DNA of 64,000 nt from positions 1-64,000 of IMG/VR virus record IMGVR_UViG_3300035208_004206; one strand, given 5' to 3'. Below are positions 27,379 to 37,132 of this stretch, piece after piece. The first letter of the stretch is position 1. Each line of letters starts with the position of its first letter. Source of the DNA: a virus (lineage: Duplodnaviria > Caudoviricetes). The notes under the pieces were generated by a model, which saw only the letters and a program-made list of their open reading frames with translations, did not search any database and was not told the DNA's origin. The position numbers were made by a program, and so were the translations under genes.

Positions 27379-27912
27379 ATGAACACTGGCGTTGCTGCTA
27401 TCACTACAGAATTGAATGACATCAACCATGTCGCGGTCAACCTCTGGTATCGTGGGTGTACTGTTGGGTGTGCTGGTTGTTGTAACCCTGAGCTTCAGGA
27501 GTTTGGGGAAGGGTTGAGCAACGAAGAGTTGGTGTCGGAACTTGAAACACGGAAACGGTGTGCAGATTGGTTGGTTCACATTGGTGGCAATCCGGTAGAA
27601 CAACCTTGGGAACTCTTGCGTATTGCAAAGATCGCACATGAAATGGGATACAAGCAGTATGTGTTCACGGGGTTTGATGAGGAACGTCTGACAGAGATCT
27701 TTGCAGACAAGATGGAAGAAGCTGCAAAGTACCTGAGTTTTGTGAAGGTCGGCAAGTATGATGAACGGAGACCTCGGTCGATCTGCCCGTCCTTTCACTT
27801 TGCTTCTGTCAATCAGCGTGTTGTGAAACCAACGCTCGAAGGGTTTCTCCCCGTTTATTTCTTTGATGAAACCACAGTTACCCCGGTCGGTTCTATTTGC
27901 CCCGAACTCTAA
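27379..27912 (+). CDS. nrdG: Anaerobic RNR activating enzyme (radical SAM)
   Basis: GCTVGCAGCCNP (CxxxCxxC), GG.P, FTGF, VKVGKY, S.NQR. Confidence 0.88.
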   Translation: MNTGVAAITTELNDINHVAVNLWYRGCTVGCAGCCNPELQEFGEGLSNEELVSELETRKRCADWLVHIGGNPVEQPWELLRIAKIAHEMGYKQYVFTGFDEERLTEIFADKMEEAAKYLSFVKVGKYDERRPRSICPSFHFASVNQRVVKPTLEGFLPVYFFDETTVTPVGSICPEL

Positions 27913-27931
27913 CTCTCAGGAGGATTCGCTT

Positions 27932-30085
27932 ATGGCCAAGAAGGTTATCAAACGCAATGGTAAAACAGTTGGATTCGATATAGAGAAGCTTTACTCAGCA
28001 GCACAGAGAGCTTGGGAAGAAGTTCATCCAAAAGAACCTGATCTCCCTGCTGTTGTTCGTGAAAGAATCGCAACCTCGGAAAAATGGTTTCAAGAACTTG
28101 ATCATGACCCGACCGTTGAAGAGATGCAGGATCAAGTCGTCGACACTTTTCATCGTTGTGGCTTTCATGATGCTGGAACAGCATTCACTCGGTATCGGGA
28201 ACGTAGAGCGATAGCAAGAGACAACGAAGTTGATGCAAATGATCTGATCAATTCCTATCTCATTCGCAAGGATGATCTTGCTGTCAAAGAGAATGCCAAC
28301 ATGCAGTTCTCTCTTCAGGGGTTGAACAACTTCATATCAGAATCAATCATCCAGAAACGTTGGCTCTCGTATTATTCTGATGAGGTGAGGAAGGCACACA
28401 ACACCGGCAGGATCCACATTCATGATCTCGGTTCTTTTGGACCGTACTGTATGGGATGGTCTTTGCACGATCTTCTTATTGAAGGTTTCAAAGGTGTGCC
28501 CGAGAAGATACAGTCTGCCCCGGCCAAACACTTCGGTGTTGCTCTCGGTCAAGCGGTCAACTTCCTTTATACAATGCAAGGGGAATCGGCTGGAGCTCAA
28601 GCTTTCTCAAACTTCAATACTCTCCTTGCCCCGTTCGTTGCCAACGATAAGCTGACATACAAGCAGGTGAAACAGAAGGTCCAAGAGTTTGTGTACAACA
28701 TGAACGTTGCAACACGCTCTGGTTTCCAAAGTTGTTTTTCAAATTTAACCTTTGATCTTGATGTTTCAAAAACTCGGTTTGCAGACCAGTTCGCGATCAT
28801 TGGTGGTGTCCCAACAGACAAGACTTACAAGGAATTCCAGAAAGAAGCTGAAATCATCATTGATGCTTTCTTGGAAGTATATGATGAAGGAGACGCTTCC
28901 GGGGCAATGTTCTCCTTCCCCATCCCCACCTTCAATGTTGGGAAAGACTTCCCTTGGAAATCAGCTTTTGGTAAACGACTTCTTGCTCTCACTGCCAAGT
29001 ATGGAACTCCGTACTTTGCCAATTATATCAATACAGAACAAACTGCTGACTCCATTACGTCGATGTGTTGCCGGCTTCGTCTTGATCACAAAGTCATCGA
29101 GAAAGTTGCAGCAGGAATGGGTGGTCTGTCTGCTGAAGACTATGCGACCAAACATAATCGTGGTGGAGGGTTCTTTGGTGCTGGCCCGTTGACCGGGTCG
29201 ACTGGTGTTGTGACAATCAACATGGCAGCTCAAGCAGTTGATGCTCGGACAAACAGACCCTTCTGCGATATTGATGGGTACATATCTCACGTTCTGAAAA
29301 CAATGGATATGTGCACGAAGACGCTTCTCAAGAAACGTCGTGTGCTTGAAGAGATGTGTGATGATGGTTTGTATCCATACATGCGGTTCTATCTCCGAGA
29401 CGTCAAGGCTCGCACAGGAAGATGGTTTGCCCAACACTTCAATACTATCTGTCCTAATGCAATTCATGAGGCACTGATCGTCCTAGGGATCCAGGGAGGC
29501 ATCACATCACCCGAAGGATTGGAAGCGGCAGACAGAATCCTTGGTGCAATGGCAAAGAAGATCGTTGAGCTGCAGGAAAAGCATAAAACTCTGTTCAACC
29601 TCGAGCAAGCCCCAGCTGAATCTGCCGGTGTGAAAATGTGTCAGAAGAGCGGGATAGATCCTCTGGGTAATGCGTATTACACGAATTCGTCATGGATTCC
29701 GGCAGACTTTGCTTGTGACTTTGAATTTCAACTTCGTCATCAGGCAAGATTGAATCGTCACTACAGCGGTGGATCTGTTGTACATTTTTACACAGACGCA
29801 AATCTTGGTCCCATTGCAGACGATCTTTCGAAGCTGATTGAATATGCTTTCAAGGAAACAACTCTCCCCTATATGACGATCAGCCCAGTCTTTTCAACGT
29901 GCAAGAAGTGCGGGTATCTTCCGGGAAAAATTGACACGTGTCCAAAGTGTGGGGGAACTGACGTTATCTCTTACCTAAGAATTATTGGATATTTGCAAGC
30001 TCTTAAAAATTTCAATGCTGGTCGGAAGAAAGAAGCTAACAAACGCAAGTATGTTCAGATGTCTAGCGAAGGAGCGTCTAAATAA
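27932..30085 (+). CDS. nrdD: Class III anaerobic ribonucleoside-triphosphate reductase with ATP cone
   Basis: VIKRNG..FD..K, KENAN, IHIHDL, YC.GW, FSFPIPT, SMCCRL, GSTGVVTIN, EQAPAES, YYTNS, CxxC..CxxC, RIIGY glycyl loop. Confidence 0.95.
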   Translation: MAKKVIKRNGKTVGFDIEKLYSAAQRAWEEVHPKEPDLPAVVRERIATSEKWFQELDHDPTVEEMQDQVVDTFHRCGFHDAGTAFTRYRERRAIARDNEVDANDLINSYLIRKDDLAVKENANMQFSLQGLNNFISESIIQKRWLSYYSDEVRKAHNTGRIHIHDLGSFGPYCMGWSLHDLLIEGFKGVPEKIQSAPAKHFGVALGQAVNFLYTMQGESAGAQAFSNFNTLLAPFVANDKLTYKQVKQKVQEFVYNMNVATRSGFQSCFSNLTFDLDVSKTRFADQFAIIGGVPTDKTYKEFQKEAEIIIDAFLEVYDEGDASGAMFSFPIPTFNVGKDFPWKSAFGKRLLALTAKYGTPYFANYINTEQTADSITSMCCRLRLDHKVIEKVAAGMGGLSAEDYATKHNRGGGFFGAGPLTGSTGVVTINMAAQAVDARTNRPFCDIDGYISHVLKTMDMCTKTLLKKRRVLEEMCDDGLYPYMRFYLRDVKARTGRWFAQHFNTICPNAIHEALIVLGIQGGITSPEGLEAADRILGAMAKKIVELQEKHKTLFNLEQAPAESAGVKMCQKSGIDPLGNAYYTNSSWIPADFACDFEFQLRHQARLNRHYSGGSVVHFYTDANLGPIADDLSKLIEYAFKETTLPYMTISPVFSTCKKCGYLPGKIDTCPKCGGTDVISYLRIIGYLQALKNFNAGRKKEANKRKYVQMSSEGASK

Positions 30086-30177
30086 GTTGGGTGAGTTATG
30101 CTTTGACCGGAAAAAGATCCTCAAAGATGTAACTCAGAAAGAAGAGTTCGAAGACCCTACCTTCGAGGAGGAGATCG

Positions 30178-30609
30178 ATGCCCGAGAACTTGAAGAATGT
30201 AGATGTTCAGGAAGAACAAGAATCCCTATCCGAGTGGGTCGAAGATCGAGAAGGAAAGGAATGGATTTATCTTTTCAAGTGGTTTGGTGAAACAAAACTC
30301 GAAGATTTGGATAATGCATGGCTTTGTTTTGGGGCCTGTACAGATGCAATTGAAGAAGACAAGAAGCCAGTCCTTGACTTCACGGGGATAGAAGAGATTT
30401 CATACTACTGGATGTTGATCGCTGTTGCACAGTGGGCAGCAAAGTACGGTGAACGTACCAATGAGATCATCGGGGTGTTCGGTCTCAACGCGGAAAGCAT
30501 CAAGAAGCTTTCAGAGCTGACCCGTGAGGTTATCGAAGACCCAGACAAGGTCCTCGCCAACATCAGATCTTCTCAGGTTTCTACCGAGCTACCTACCCCT
30601 GACGCTTAA
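30178..30609 (+). CDS. STAS-like (DUF4325-type) protein
   Basis: VLDFTGIEEISYYW...YG...I.V.GLN pattern; GAGGAG SD. Confidence 0.5.
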   Translation: MPENLKNVDVQEEQESLSEWVEDREGKEWIYLFKWFGETKLEDLDNAWLCFGACTDAIEEDKKPVLDFTGIEEISYYWMLIAVAQWAAKYGERTNEIIGVFGLNAESIKKLSELTREVIEDPDKVLANIRSSQVSTELPTPDA

Positions 30610-30755
30610 AGGTAGCAGAAAATCTAACACCTTTAACCTACTTTTGTCATTTTAACTGATGAAGTTAAAGTAGGAAATTTATTGTAAAGCTCGGTTCTTT
30701 ATTGTGCGAAAACCTCCTTACCATTGTAAAATATTAAAGATGATTGGAGGTTAAG

Positions 30756-31034
30756 ATGACTTCGATTAAAGTCCGTTATGAAATGTTTCTCACGGAAGAG
30801 GGTGCGGTCAATTCCAAGTATTCACCCGATTATTCTGATATGGTGTTGGTTCTTCCGAACCAGTCATATGAGAATGTTGCTGTCATGATAATGGAAGAAA
30901 AGTTTTCTGATGTGCGAAGAAACTGGGGCGGTGAAGTGATGCGGTTCGTTGTTCTCTATGATGAACTCAAGCATCGGATCGGTGTGTATAAAGTTGTGTT
31001 CAACTGTGAAAGCGGGAAGGCAAGAAATGAATAG
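30756..31034 (+). CDS. Hypothetical protein
   Basis: GGAGG SD. Confidence 0.65.
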   Translation: MTSIKVRYEMFLTEEGAVNSKYSPDYSDMVLVLPNQSYENVAVMIMEEKFSDVRRNWGGEVMRFVVLYDELKHRIGVYKVVFNCESGKARNE

Positions 31035-31479
31035 ACCAACTCATGATCAGATCATGATGCAGGTGTGTGAAGCCGTTGCAGAACGATCAACTTGCCGCAA
31101 CCGAAGTGTTGGTGCTGTGATCTGTGTTGATGACCGGATTGTGTCGACCGGATACAATGGAGCACCTAAAGGTTTTGAACACTGTATTGATATTGGTATC
31201 TGTCTTCGTAAAGATTGTGGGCATGGTGAAGGTCTTGATCTTTGTCCTGCTTCACACGCCGAACAGAATGCTATTGCAAGTGCAGCAAGGAATGGGATTG
31301 CAGTTAAAGGGGGAACTCTTTACTGTACAACAAGACCGTGTTCTTGGTGTGCAAAGCTCATCGTATGTGCTGGCATCTCAAAAGTAATTTACCGTGATTG
31401 GTATGAATGCCCGCTCACCACCACGATTTTCACAAGCGCGGGAGTGCTTTGTTCATCCCTTGACGATCTTATTTCCTAA
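31027..31479 (+). CDS. dCMP deaminase
   Basis: RSTC..R.VGAVI, STGYNG, HAEQNAI, PCSWC. Confidence 0.92.
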   Translation: MNRPTHDQIMMQVCEAVAERSTCRNRSVGAVICVDDRIVSTGYNGAPKGFEHCIDIGICLRKDCGHGEGLDLCPASHAEQNAIASAARNGIAVKGGTLYCTTRPCSWCAKLIVCAGISKVIYRDWYECPLTTTIFTSAGVLCSSLDDLIS

Positions 31480-31554
31480 CCCCCTGATTTCATTATCATA
31501 TACTTACCCCAAAAATGTACTTCTATTGGGATATGGTGTATAATATCTAGAGTG
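31476..31554 (+). promoter_or_regulatory. Early promoter cassette, copy 4 (-35 TGTACT 31516, -10 TATAAT 31539)
   Basis: Close copy of 4508-4587, with 21 identical nt at the 3' end. Confidence 0.85.
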
Positions 31555-31567
31555 TGTGAAGGAGGAT

Positions 31568-31816
31568 ATGATGAAGGATACGATTACAAAGATGTGTATT
31601 TCGGTCCACGCCGAACAGTCTGACGTTTGTTCAGTGTACTGTGAATGTCCAACCTGTGGCAAGAGGATCGCACTTGATAAGTGTTCTGGAATTATTCAGA
31701 GTATAGAAAAGTGGAAACCTCAGGCGGGGATATTCAGAAACTTTTTATCGCTCAAGGAGTTCGCTATCAGTGGAATGTGTCAAGAGTGTCAGGACAGTGT
31801 TTTTGGGAGAGACTAA
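31568..31816 (+). CDS. Small zinc-binding protein
   Basis: GGAGG SD; CPTC, SGMCQECQD.VF. Confidence 0.65.
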   Translation: MMKDTITKMCISVHAEQSDVCSVYCECPTCGKRIALDKCSGIIQSIEKWKPQAGIFRNFLSLKEFAISGMCQECQDSVFGRD

Positions 31817-32025
31817 TGGCCGCTTTGAAGAAAAATAAACGTTGGCCGCAGAGAGCGTGGATAAATCAGCCCTCCACTCTTCAACCTTTACACGCAAGAC
31901 ACGGTGAAAAGGTTTTGGTGGTTTGGGAGTATGATGACACTTTCAATGCTTTCTTGTTACAAGGTCCAACAATATCTGAACAAATGCTTGGAATATGGCT
32001 TACAGCAGGATGGAGAGACAAATGA
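31816..32025 (+). CDS. Hypothetical protein
   Basis: TAATG overlap; WINQPSTLQP. Confidence 0.6.
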   Translation: MAALKKNKRWPQRAWINQPSTLQPLHARHGEKVLVVWEYDDTFNAFLLQGPTISEQMLGIWLTAGWRDK

Positions 32026-32339
32026 AGAACATGATACTTGACAGACCGAAACCTCAGGTTGAAAAGAGAATGCGACCAGCTGTCGCCAATGTTGTCTTTC
32101 GGTTTGCCTCGTTGACCCGAGCGGTTGAGGAAGCTATTCACAGTGGTGATGTAGGTTCTATCACCGCTCAGCTCGACTCGGCGAAGCGTGGGAGTGCGTG
32201 GGAGCGTCTTCAGAATGATGCTGACAAGATCGAAGGTCAGGGGGAAAGAGGACCGTCTGTTGTTGTCAAAGAAAAACGTGAGAAGGTGATTGCTCAGCTT
32301 GAGCAGGTGTTGGAAAATATAAAGAATGGAGTGAAGTGA
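32022..32339 (+). CDS. Hypothetical protein
   Basis: ATGA overlap, GGAG SD. Confidence 0.6.
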   Translation: MKNMILDRPKPQVEKRMRPAVANVVFRFASLTRAVEEAIHSGDVGSITAQLDSAKRGSAWERLQNDADKIEGQGERGPSVVVKEKREKVIAQLEQVLENIKNGVK

Positions 32340-32725
32340 TGAAAGCAGGTTGGTACATTGTCAAGAGTGTTGATGAGATCCTTGCGATGCCTCGGCATGA
32401 TGAAACAAAAGGGTTGTCGAAGAAAACCCTGCTCAAGATGATGACACAAGATAATGTGTATGATTCTGTGGTGGGAGCAAAGAATGGAGACTTTGTTGTT
32501 GGTATGCTTGCCACTTGTGGAAAACTGGTAGAGCTTGTTAAAGAAGGGTTTGATCGAAAATCGAAAGATTGTTGGTGGTATGATGAAGCTTGGGTTATCC
32601 CGACCACCAAAAAAGCTGCGACGGAAATGCTGTTGCTTCGTGAGTTGTCGGATCTTATGATTAGACGGAATGAGATCGAAGAAGAACTTCGGAAGCTCAA
32701 TACTAAGAAGGGAGGAAAGAAATGA
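32336..32725 (+). CDS. Hypothetical protein
   Basis: GTGA overlap. Confidence 0.6.
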   Translation: MMKAGWYIVKSVDEILAMPRHDETKGLSKKTLLKMMTQDNVYDSVVGAKNGDFVVGMLATCGKLVELVKEGFDRKSKDCWWYDEAWVIPTTKKAATEMLLLRELSDLMIRRNEIEEELRKLNTKKGGKK

Positions 32726-34035
32726 ACCTGTATGAACTTATTTCCTTTTGTCGCAATGAAAGCGGGAAGCTTGAGAAACGTCGAGTGCTGACTGAATACC
32801 TCAAAGGTCGCAACGGTACTGAGATCGGTCTTCTCAAACAGATACTTGATCCTCAGTGTGTTTCTGGTGTTGGTGCACAGACCTTCAAAGAAGCTCTCAA
32901 ACAGTCCATCACAAACAAATTCCTCGGGTTTCAGGCCGAGAGCGTTGATGCTTGTATTCACGATCTTAAGGGAAGAACTGGTGGCGATCTCGCACGGAAA
33001 CTGACCGAGTGGCTGAATGCTTTCAGTGAGGAAAATCGTGAGGTGTGTGCGATCGTGCTTCTCCAGGAACCGATAGGGTTCAGTGCTGACACGCTTGACG
33101 AATGTGCTGAAGCAGCGGGTCTCAAGAAGATCATCGACAAACAGTTTCAGGTTCAGCTTGCCAATTCCTGGTCATCCAAGAAAGAGTATAAGGGGGTCGA
33201 TCACTGGATTGGTTCTCGCAAGCTTGATGGTGTTCGGTGTTACTGGCGCAATGGAAAGCTCCTCAGCCGTCAGAACAAGCCGTTCGTCGGGTTTGATGAT
33301 GTGTGTGAACGGTTGACTGACATTGCTGAACAGTTCTGTCTGGACGTGATTGATGGTGAGCTTTACAAAACTGGCATGAAGTTCGGTGAAGTCTCCTCGA
33401 TTGTCAGCGACAAGAACCCGAATGACCCGCGCAAGAAAACCCTCAACTTCAACATCTTTGCTATTCTTGGTGGCGGGTTCAAAGACACCAATGGAATGGA
33501 CGGGACAATGAGCGCAATATCTGGTGATCTTGTTGTCGGCGGTGCACGCAGAGTTGAGATCGTCGAGACCTTCAACATACCGAACGATGCGAAGAGCATT
33601 CGCGAGTTCAGTGCGAAGTGTGTTGAGGAAGGATACGAAGGAGCAATGCTTCGTCACCCTGTCACCCACTACGCTTACAAGCGGACCAATGATCTCCTGA
33701 AGGTCAAGCTCTTCATCGAAGACGACTTCGTCATCACGGGATCATACGAGGGGAAGAATAAGAACACCGGCAAGCTTGGTGGTGTCTCTGTCAAGAATGC
33801 TAAGACAACCATTCAGACCACGACAGAAGAAACCGGGGAGTTTGCTCTCGGTGAGATCACTTGCGATGTCGGTGGTGGTTTCAGTGACAAGCTTCGCGAA
33901 GAGCTGTGGAAAGATCGGAACGCTCTGGTCGGTAAGACGATCAGTGTGAAATACTTCGAGGTGTCGCAGGACAAGAAGAAATCCGGTTTCAGTCTGCGCT
34001 TCCCCGAGTTCCTTGGCTTTAAGAATGATCGGTAA
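32722..34035 (+). CDS. ATP-dependent DNA ligase
   Basis: KLDGVRC, IDGELY, FNIF, GYEGAMLR, KRT..LLKVK, VGGGFSD, LRFP.F...D. Confidence 0.95.
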   Translation: MNLYELISFCRNESGKLEKRRVLTEYLKGRNGTEIGLLKQILDPQCVSGVGAQTFKEALKQSITNKFLGFQAESVDACIHDLKGRTGGDLARKLTEWLNAFSEENREVCAIVLLQEPIGFSADTLDECAEAAGLKKIIDKQFQVQLANSWSSKKEYKGVDHWIGSRKLDGVRCYWRNGKLLSRQNKPFVGFDDVCERLTDIAEQFCLDVIDGELYKTGMKFGEVSSIVSDKNPNDPRKKTLNFNIFAILGGGFKDTNGMDGTMSAISGDLVVGGARRVEIVETFNIPNDAKSIREFSAKCVEEGYEGAMLRHPVTHYAYKRTNDLLKVKLFIEDDFVITGSYEGKNKNTGKLGGVSVKNAKTTIQTTTEETGEFALGEITCDVGGGFSDKLREELWKDRNALVGKTISVKYFEVSQDKKKSGFSLRFPEFLGFKNDR

Positions 34036-34046
34036 GGAGGAGTGTC

Positions 34047-34265
34047 ATGAAAGATAGAGAACAGTTGATCAAAAAAAAGATGTTGTATTTCAGAATTCAT
34101 CCTGAGGTAAACAGGTTCGGTCATTTTCTTGGAGAGAAAGTCGGACAGCTACTCATCAAGAAAATTATACAACAAGTAATGTCGTGTAGCTTGTTTACCT
34201 CCACACCAAGACTGAAAGTGACGGTGCGTTTCGTGGATAACGATACTTCAATAACAGTTGAATAA
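34047..34265 (+). CDS. Hypothetical protein
   Basis: AAGGAGG SD. Confidence 0.6.
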   Translation: MKDREQLIKKKMLYFRIHPEVNRFGHFLGEKVGQLLIKKIIQQVMSCSLFTSTPRLKVTVRFVDNDTSITVE

Positions 34266-34276
34266 GGAGGAGTGTC

Positions 34277-35110
34277 ATGAAAATTCATATACTTGGTGCT
34301 GGTAACTTTTCGAGTGTGAAACATCACAACACGTCGTTTATCATCCAGCCGGATTTCGGTGGGAAGGAAAACAGTTTGATGTTTGATGTCGGGCGAGATG
34401 TTAAATTCTCACTGGCTCAGAGTCAGTTCGGATGGAAACCTTCCGACATATTCAATGCCTTCATTTCCCATCAGCACGGAGATCACCTTGCGGGTATTGA
34501 TTACCTGCTGACGATGAACTACTTCAATCCTACTGCTCCTCGGGTCAAGCTGTACTTCCACAAGTCCATGCTTGCTGCGATCACAAAGGTCATCGAGGTT
34601 TTCATGGAGACCTTCGAAGATGCTCGTCTACCAAAGGATGCGAGCGGCAGACCTCGTCGTGTTCTCTTGACTGACGTGTGTGAACCTGTGATCCTTGAGG
34701 ACAATGAGGTCTTCTGGATTGGTGAGCTTGAATATTCCTTGGTGCAGTCGATGCACGTCGTGACTGGCGGAATGTTCATGCCTTGCTTTGGTCTCAAGGT
34801 TCGCCAGCCGAAGAAAGATGACAAGGAAGAAAAGATCGTCTTCTTCACGGGAGACACTCAGTTCTGTCCGTCACAGCTCCTCGGTGCCGTCATGTCGAGC
34901 ACGATGACCGTGACCGATTGTGAAACCTGTCCTGCTGCTTATAAGTCTGGTGTCCATGCTCACGTCGATGACTGGGAATCTTGGGCTGAAGCAGCGAGAC
35001 AAAAGCTCATCATGACTCACTACGGTGACAATGTTGATGATGCTTTCATCAAAAAGTATGAAGGGATCTTCAAAGGGTTTGCCAAGAAAGGCGACGTCAT
35101 TGAGGTGTGA
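34277..35110 (+). CDS. Metallo-beta-lactamase-fold hydrolase; Apyc1-like cyclic-nucleotide phosphodiesterase candidate
   Basis: LGAGN..NTS, FDVG, HQHGDH, MHV, FTGDT, DC..GVHA, HYGDN. Confidence 0.8.
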   Translation: MKIHILGAGNFSSVKHHNTSFIIQPDFGGKENSLMFDVGRDVKFSLAQSQFGWKPSDIFNAFISHQHGDHLAGIDYLLTMNYFNPTAPRVKLYFHKSMLAAITKVIEVFMETFEDARLPKDASGRPRRVLLTDVCEPVILEDNEVFWIGELEYSLVQSMHVVTGGMFMPCFGLKVRQPKKDDKEEKIVFFTGDTQFCPSQLLGAVMSSTMTVTDCETCPAAYKSGVHAHVDDWESWAEAARQKLIMTHYGDNVDDAFIKKYEGIFKGFAKKGDVIEV

Positions 35111-35161
35111 ACAATATCTCTCAACAGTAGAATATACAGAACTTAATGTTGGAGGGTTCCA

Positions 35162-36025
35162 ATGACCATTTGTCACAAGCCGAATGATTTGTTTAAGTCC
35201 AAGCCCACAAAGAAGAAATTCCCATGTGATCACAAGAGTTGTGGCACCAATAAGTGTGATAAGAACTGTCAGCTTCTTCCCGAAAAAGATGAAAAGTATG
35301 TTATAAGAAATCTTGTGCGCCGTCAGAAATTTACTTTTGATGTATACCCCATGAAACCCGGGGAAACCCCGAATGGTTATATCTGGTCTCAGTCAGAACA
35401 CAAGAAATTGATGCACGCTCTTCGAGAGCGAGTAGAAAAGGGGTTGTTCATTAAACCCGGAGTAGAATTTACAGACGGGGATTGTTCATCTTATGATGAT
35501 ACCGGAAACGATGCAATAGGTGTATGTGATTTTATCGAACCTACAATAGGTGGCGGTGTAAGAATTACTGCTACATTGTTCTTTGAATACCTAGATCGCT
35601 TTGGTGTCAAAGAAGATGACATTCTTAATGATCGTTATGTTCTTGGTACTGTTGTTCACGGGGAACTAAAAGAAAACTTTGTTAAACTTGACAAAGTGCA
35701 ATGTCTTACATTCGGTCTTCGGTGTGGGTATGATTGCTCTATATTCAATTGTGATTACCGTGATGCTTTGGTCGGTATTGGAAAAGCCCTTGGACAGTTA
35801 CAACCCACAGTCAACGAACTTCAAGACGAGTTGTCTGACTGCCAAAAGATTTGGACAGAGCTTGACCAGAAAGAACTTCAAACAGATATTGATAAAGAAA
35901 TTCAAGATGGTGAAGATCGGCTGAAAAAGATAGATACCGTTATAAAAGCCGGTAAAAAATTCTACAAGACAATCGACCGAAGTTGTTCACCGAAGGGGGT
36001 TGGGAGTAAGCAATGTCAAAGCTGA
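35162..36025 (+). CDS. Hypothetical protein with Cys-rich N-terminus and coiled-coil C-terminus
   Basis: GGAGG SD. Confidence 0.7.
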   Translation: MTICHKPNDLFKSKPTKKKFPCDHKSCGTNKCDKNCQLLPEKDEKYVIRNLVRRQKFTFDVYPMKPGETPNGYIWSQSEHKKLMHALRERVEKGLFIKPGVEFTDGDCSSYDDTGNDAIGVCDFIEPTIGGGVRITATLFFEYLDRFGVKEDDILNDRYVLGTVVHGELKENFVKLDKVQCLTFGLRCGYDCSIFNCDYRDALVGIGKALGQLQPTVNELQDELSDCQKIWTELDQKELQTDIDKEIQDGEDRLKKIDTVIKAGKKFYKTIDRSCSPKGVGSKQCQS

Positions 36026-36807
36026 CCGTCTTCTATCCCTGGATTGAAAAGGCAGCAAAGTGGCAAGAGCTTCGGTACTCTCTGCGATCGATCGAAAAGA
36101 ACTTCAAGCAAGAGGTTGAGGTTGTCATATGTTCTCCTGAGCCTGCAACGTTTCTCAAACCTGAAACATATCGACACCTTCCTCAGCAGAGAGTTCAACC
36201 GAACACGCCAGCTTCTCCTTCGATGTTTGACGTCGGCAGGAAGTTGCTCAGGGCGTCAATAGATCCTTTGATTTCCGATCCGTTCCTCATGGTTCATGAT
36301 GACTTCTTCTTTCTCAAGAAGACAAAGATGCGGGACCTTGAGTCATACCTCACATTGGTCATGGACAGCGTGAATGCTCCGGCGGTGAACAGGGACAACC
36401 CTTTCATCGAATCTTTGTGGAGAGCGTCTCAGATCTTGTCAAACTCAAAGATGCCAACATGGAATCCTTGCCTTCACCTTCCTCGTCTAATGAACAAGAA
36501 AGCTTCTGAGATGGCAGCAAAGGTGTGTTGTGAGACTGGTGCCAACTGGGAGATGTTGTATTTCAACTATACACTTGGAAAAGGGAAGAGGGTTTCATTT
36601 TATTCAAAGACCTCAAACCTTAAGGCTGGTTTCTACGGTGCAGATAATTTATTTGGGTATCATGTAGAAGAGGGGGATACCCTCGCGTCTGTTTCACGGA
36701 TAATTGAACCTCGACAGTTCCTCAGTTTTAATGATAAGGGCTTTGATCCAATTATCGCAGAGTATCTCGAAAACAAATTTCCTGAGAAATCTCGGTGGGA
36801 ATCTTGA
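36013..36807 (+). CDS. Stealth-family-like sugar-1-phosphate transferase
   Basis: ELRYSLRSIEKN and FLMVHDDFFF resemble the Stealth CR2 region; H.P motif; F.S.ND near the C-terminus. Confidence 0.65.
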   Translation: MSKLTVFYPWIEKAAKWQELRYSLRSIEKNFKQEVEVVICSPEPATFLKPETYRHLPQQRVQPNTPASPSMFDVGRKLLRASIDPLISDPFLMVHDDFFFLKKTKMRDLESYLTLVMDSVNAPAVNRDNPFIESLWRASQILSNSKMPTWNPCLHLPRLMNKKASEMAAKVCCETGANWEMLYFNYTLGKGKRVSFYSKTSNLKAGFYGADNLFGYHVEEGDTLASVSRIIEPRQFLSFNDKGFDPIIAEYLENKFPEKSRWES

Positions 36808-36831
36808 GAAAGGAGCGGAGGTTCTTCGACT

Positions 36832-37038
36832 TTACTTGGCAAGACATTCTGCATAGTTCACCCACTCTTTATGAATTGAATAATTTTTCCGAGCGACCTG
36901 TTCAAGGCGAGAAGCGTCGCCGAGATCTTCGAGAGCAAGCTTGTGGAAAGAAGCAGAAGGACGAATACACTCTGACTTCTGTATGGATGCACATGAAGTC
37001 AAAAGGATCAAAAGGAAAAACACCAAAAACTTCTTCAT
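36832..37038 (-). CDS. Small lipoprotein (o-spanin-like or exclusion lipoprotein)
   Basis: MKKFLVFFLLILLTS-C lipobox; GGAGG SD; own TATAAATA at 37066-37073 on the minus strand. Confidence 0.8.
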   Translation of the reverse strand: MKKFLVFFLLILLTSCASIQKSECIRPSASFHKLALEDLGDASRLEQVARKNYSIHKEWVNYAECLAK

Positions 37039-37065
37039 CAATTCAACCTCCAAAACGTTCTCATG

Positions 37066-37110
37066 TATTTATAAAATCACATACTCATATGGAACACTCC
37101 GCTATAAATA
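37066..37110. promoter_or_regulatory. Divergent pair of perfect T4-type late promoters
   Basis: TATAAATA on minus (37066-37073) and on plus (37103-37110). Confidence 0.75.
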
Positions 37111-37132
37111 TTGTTTTAATGGAGGATCTCGA

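Noticed and set aside
30606-30674. Two hairpins (TTAAAGGT/ACCTTTAA; CCTACTTT/AAAGTAGG) as an ncRNA
   Set aside because: AT-rich and short; more simply explained as terminator or processing stems
36941-37132. Upstream extension of the 375-aa ORF in the track
   Set aside because: Overlaps the antisense lipoprotein and both late promoters; the SD supports ATG 37133
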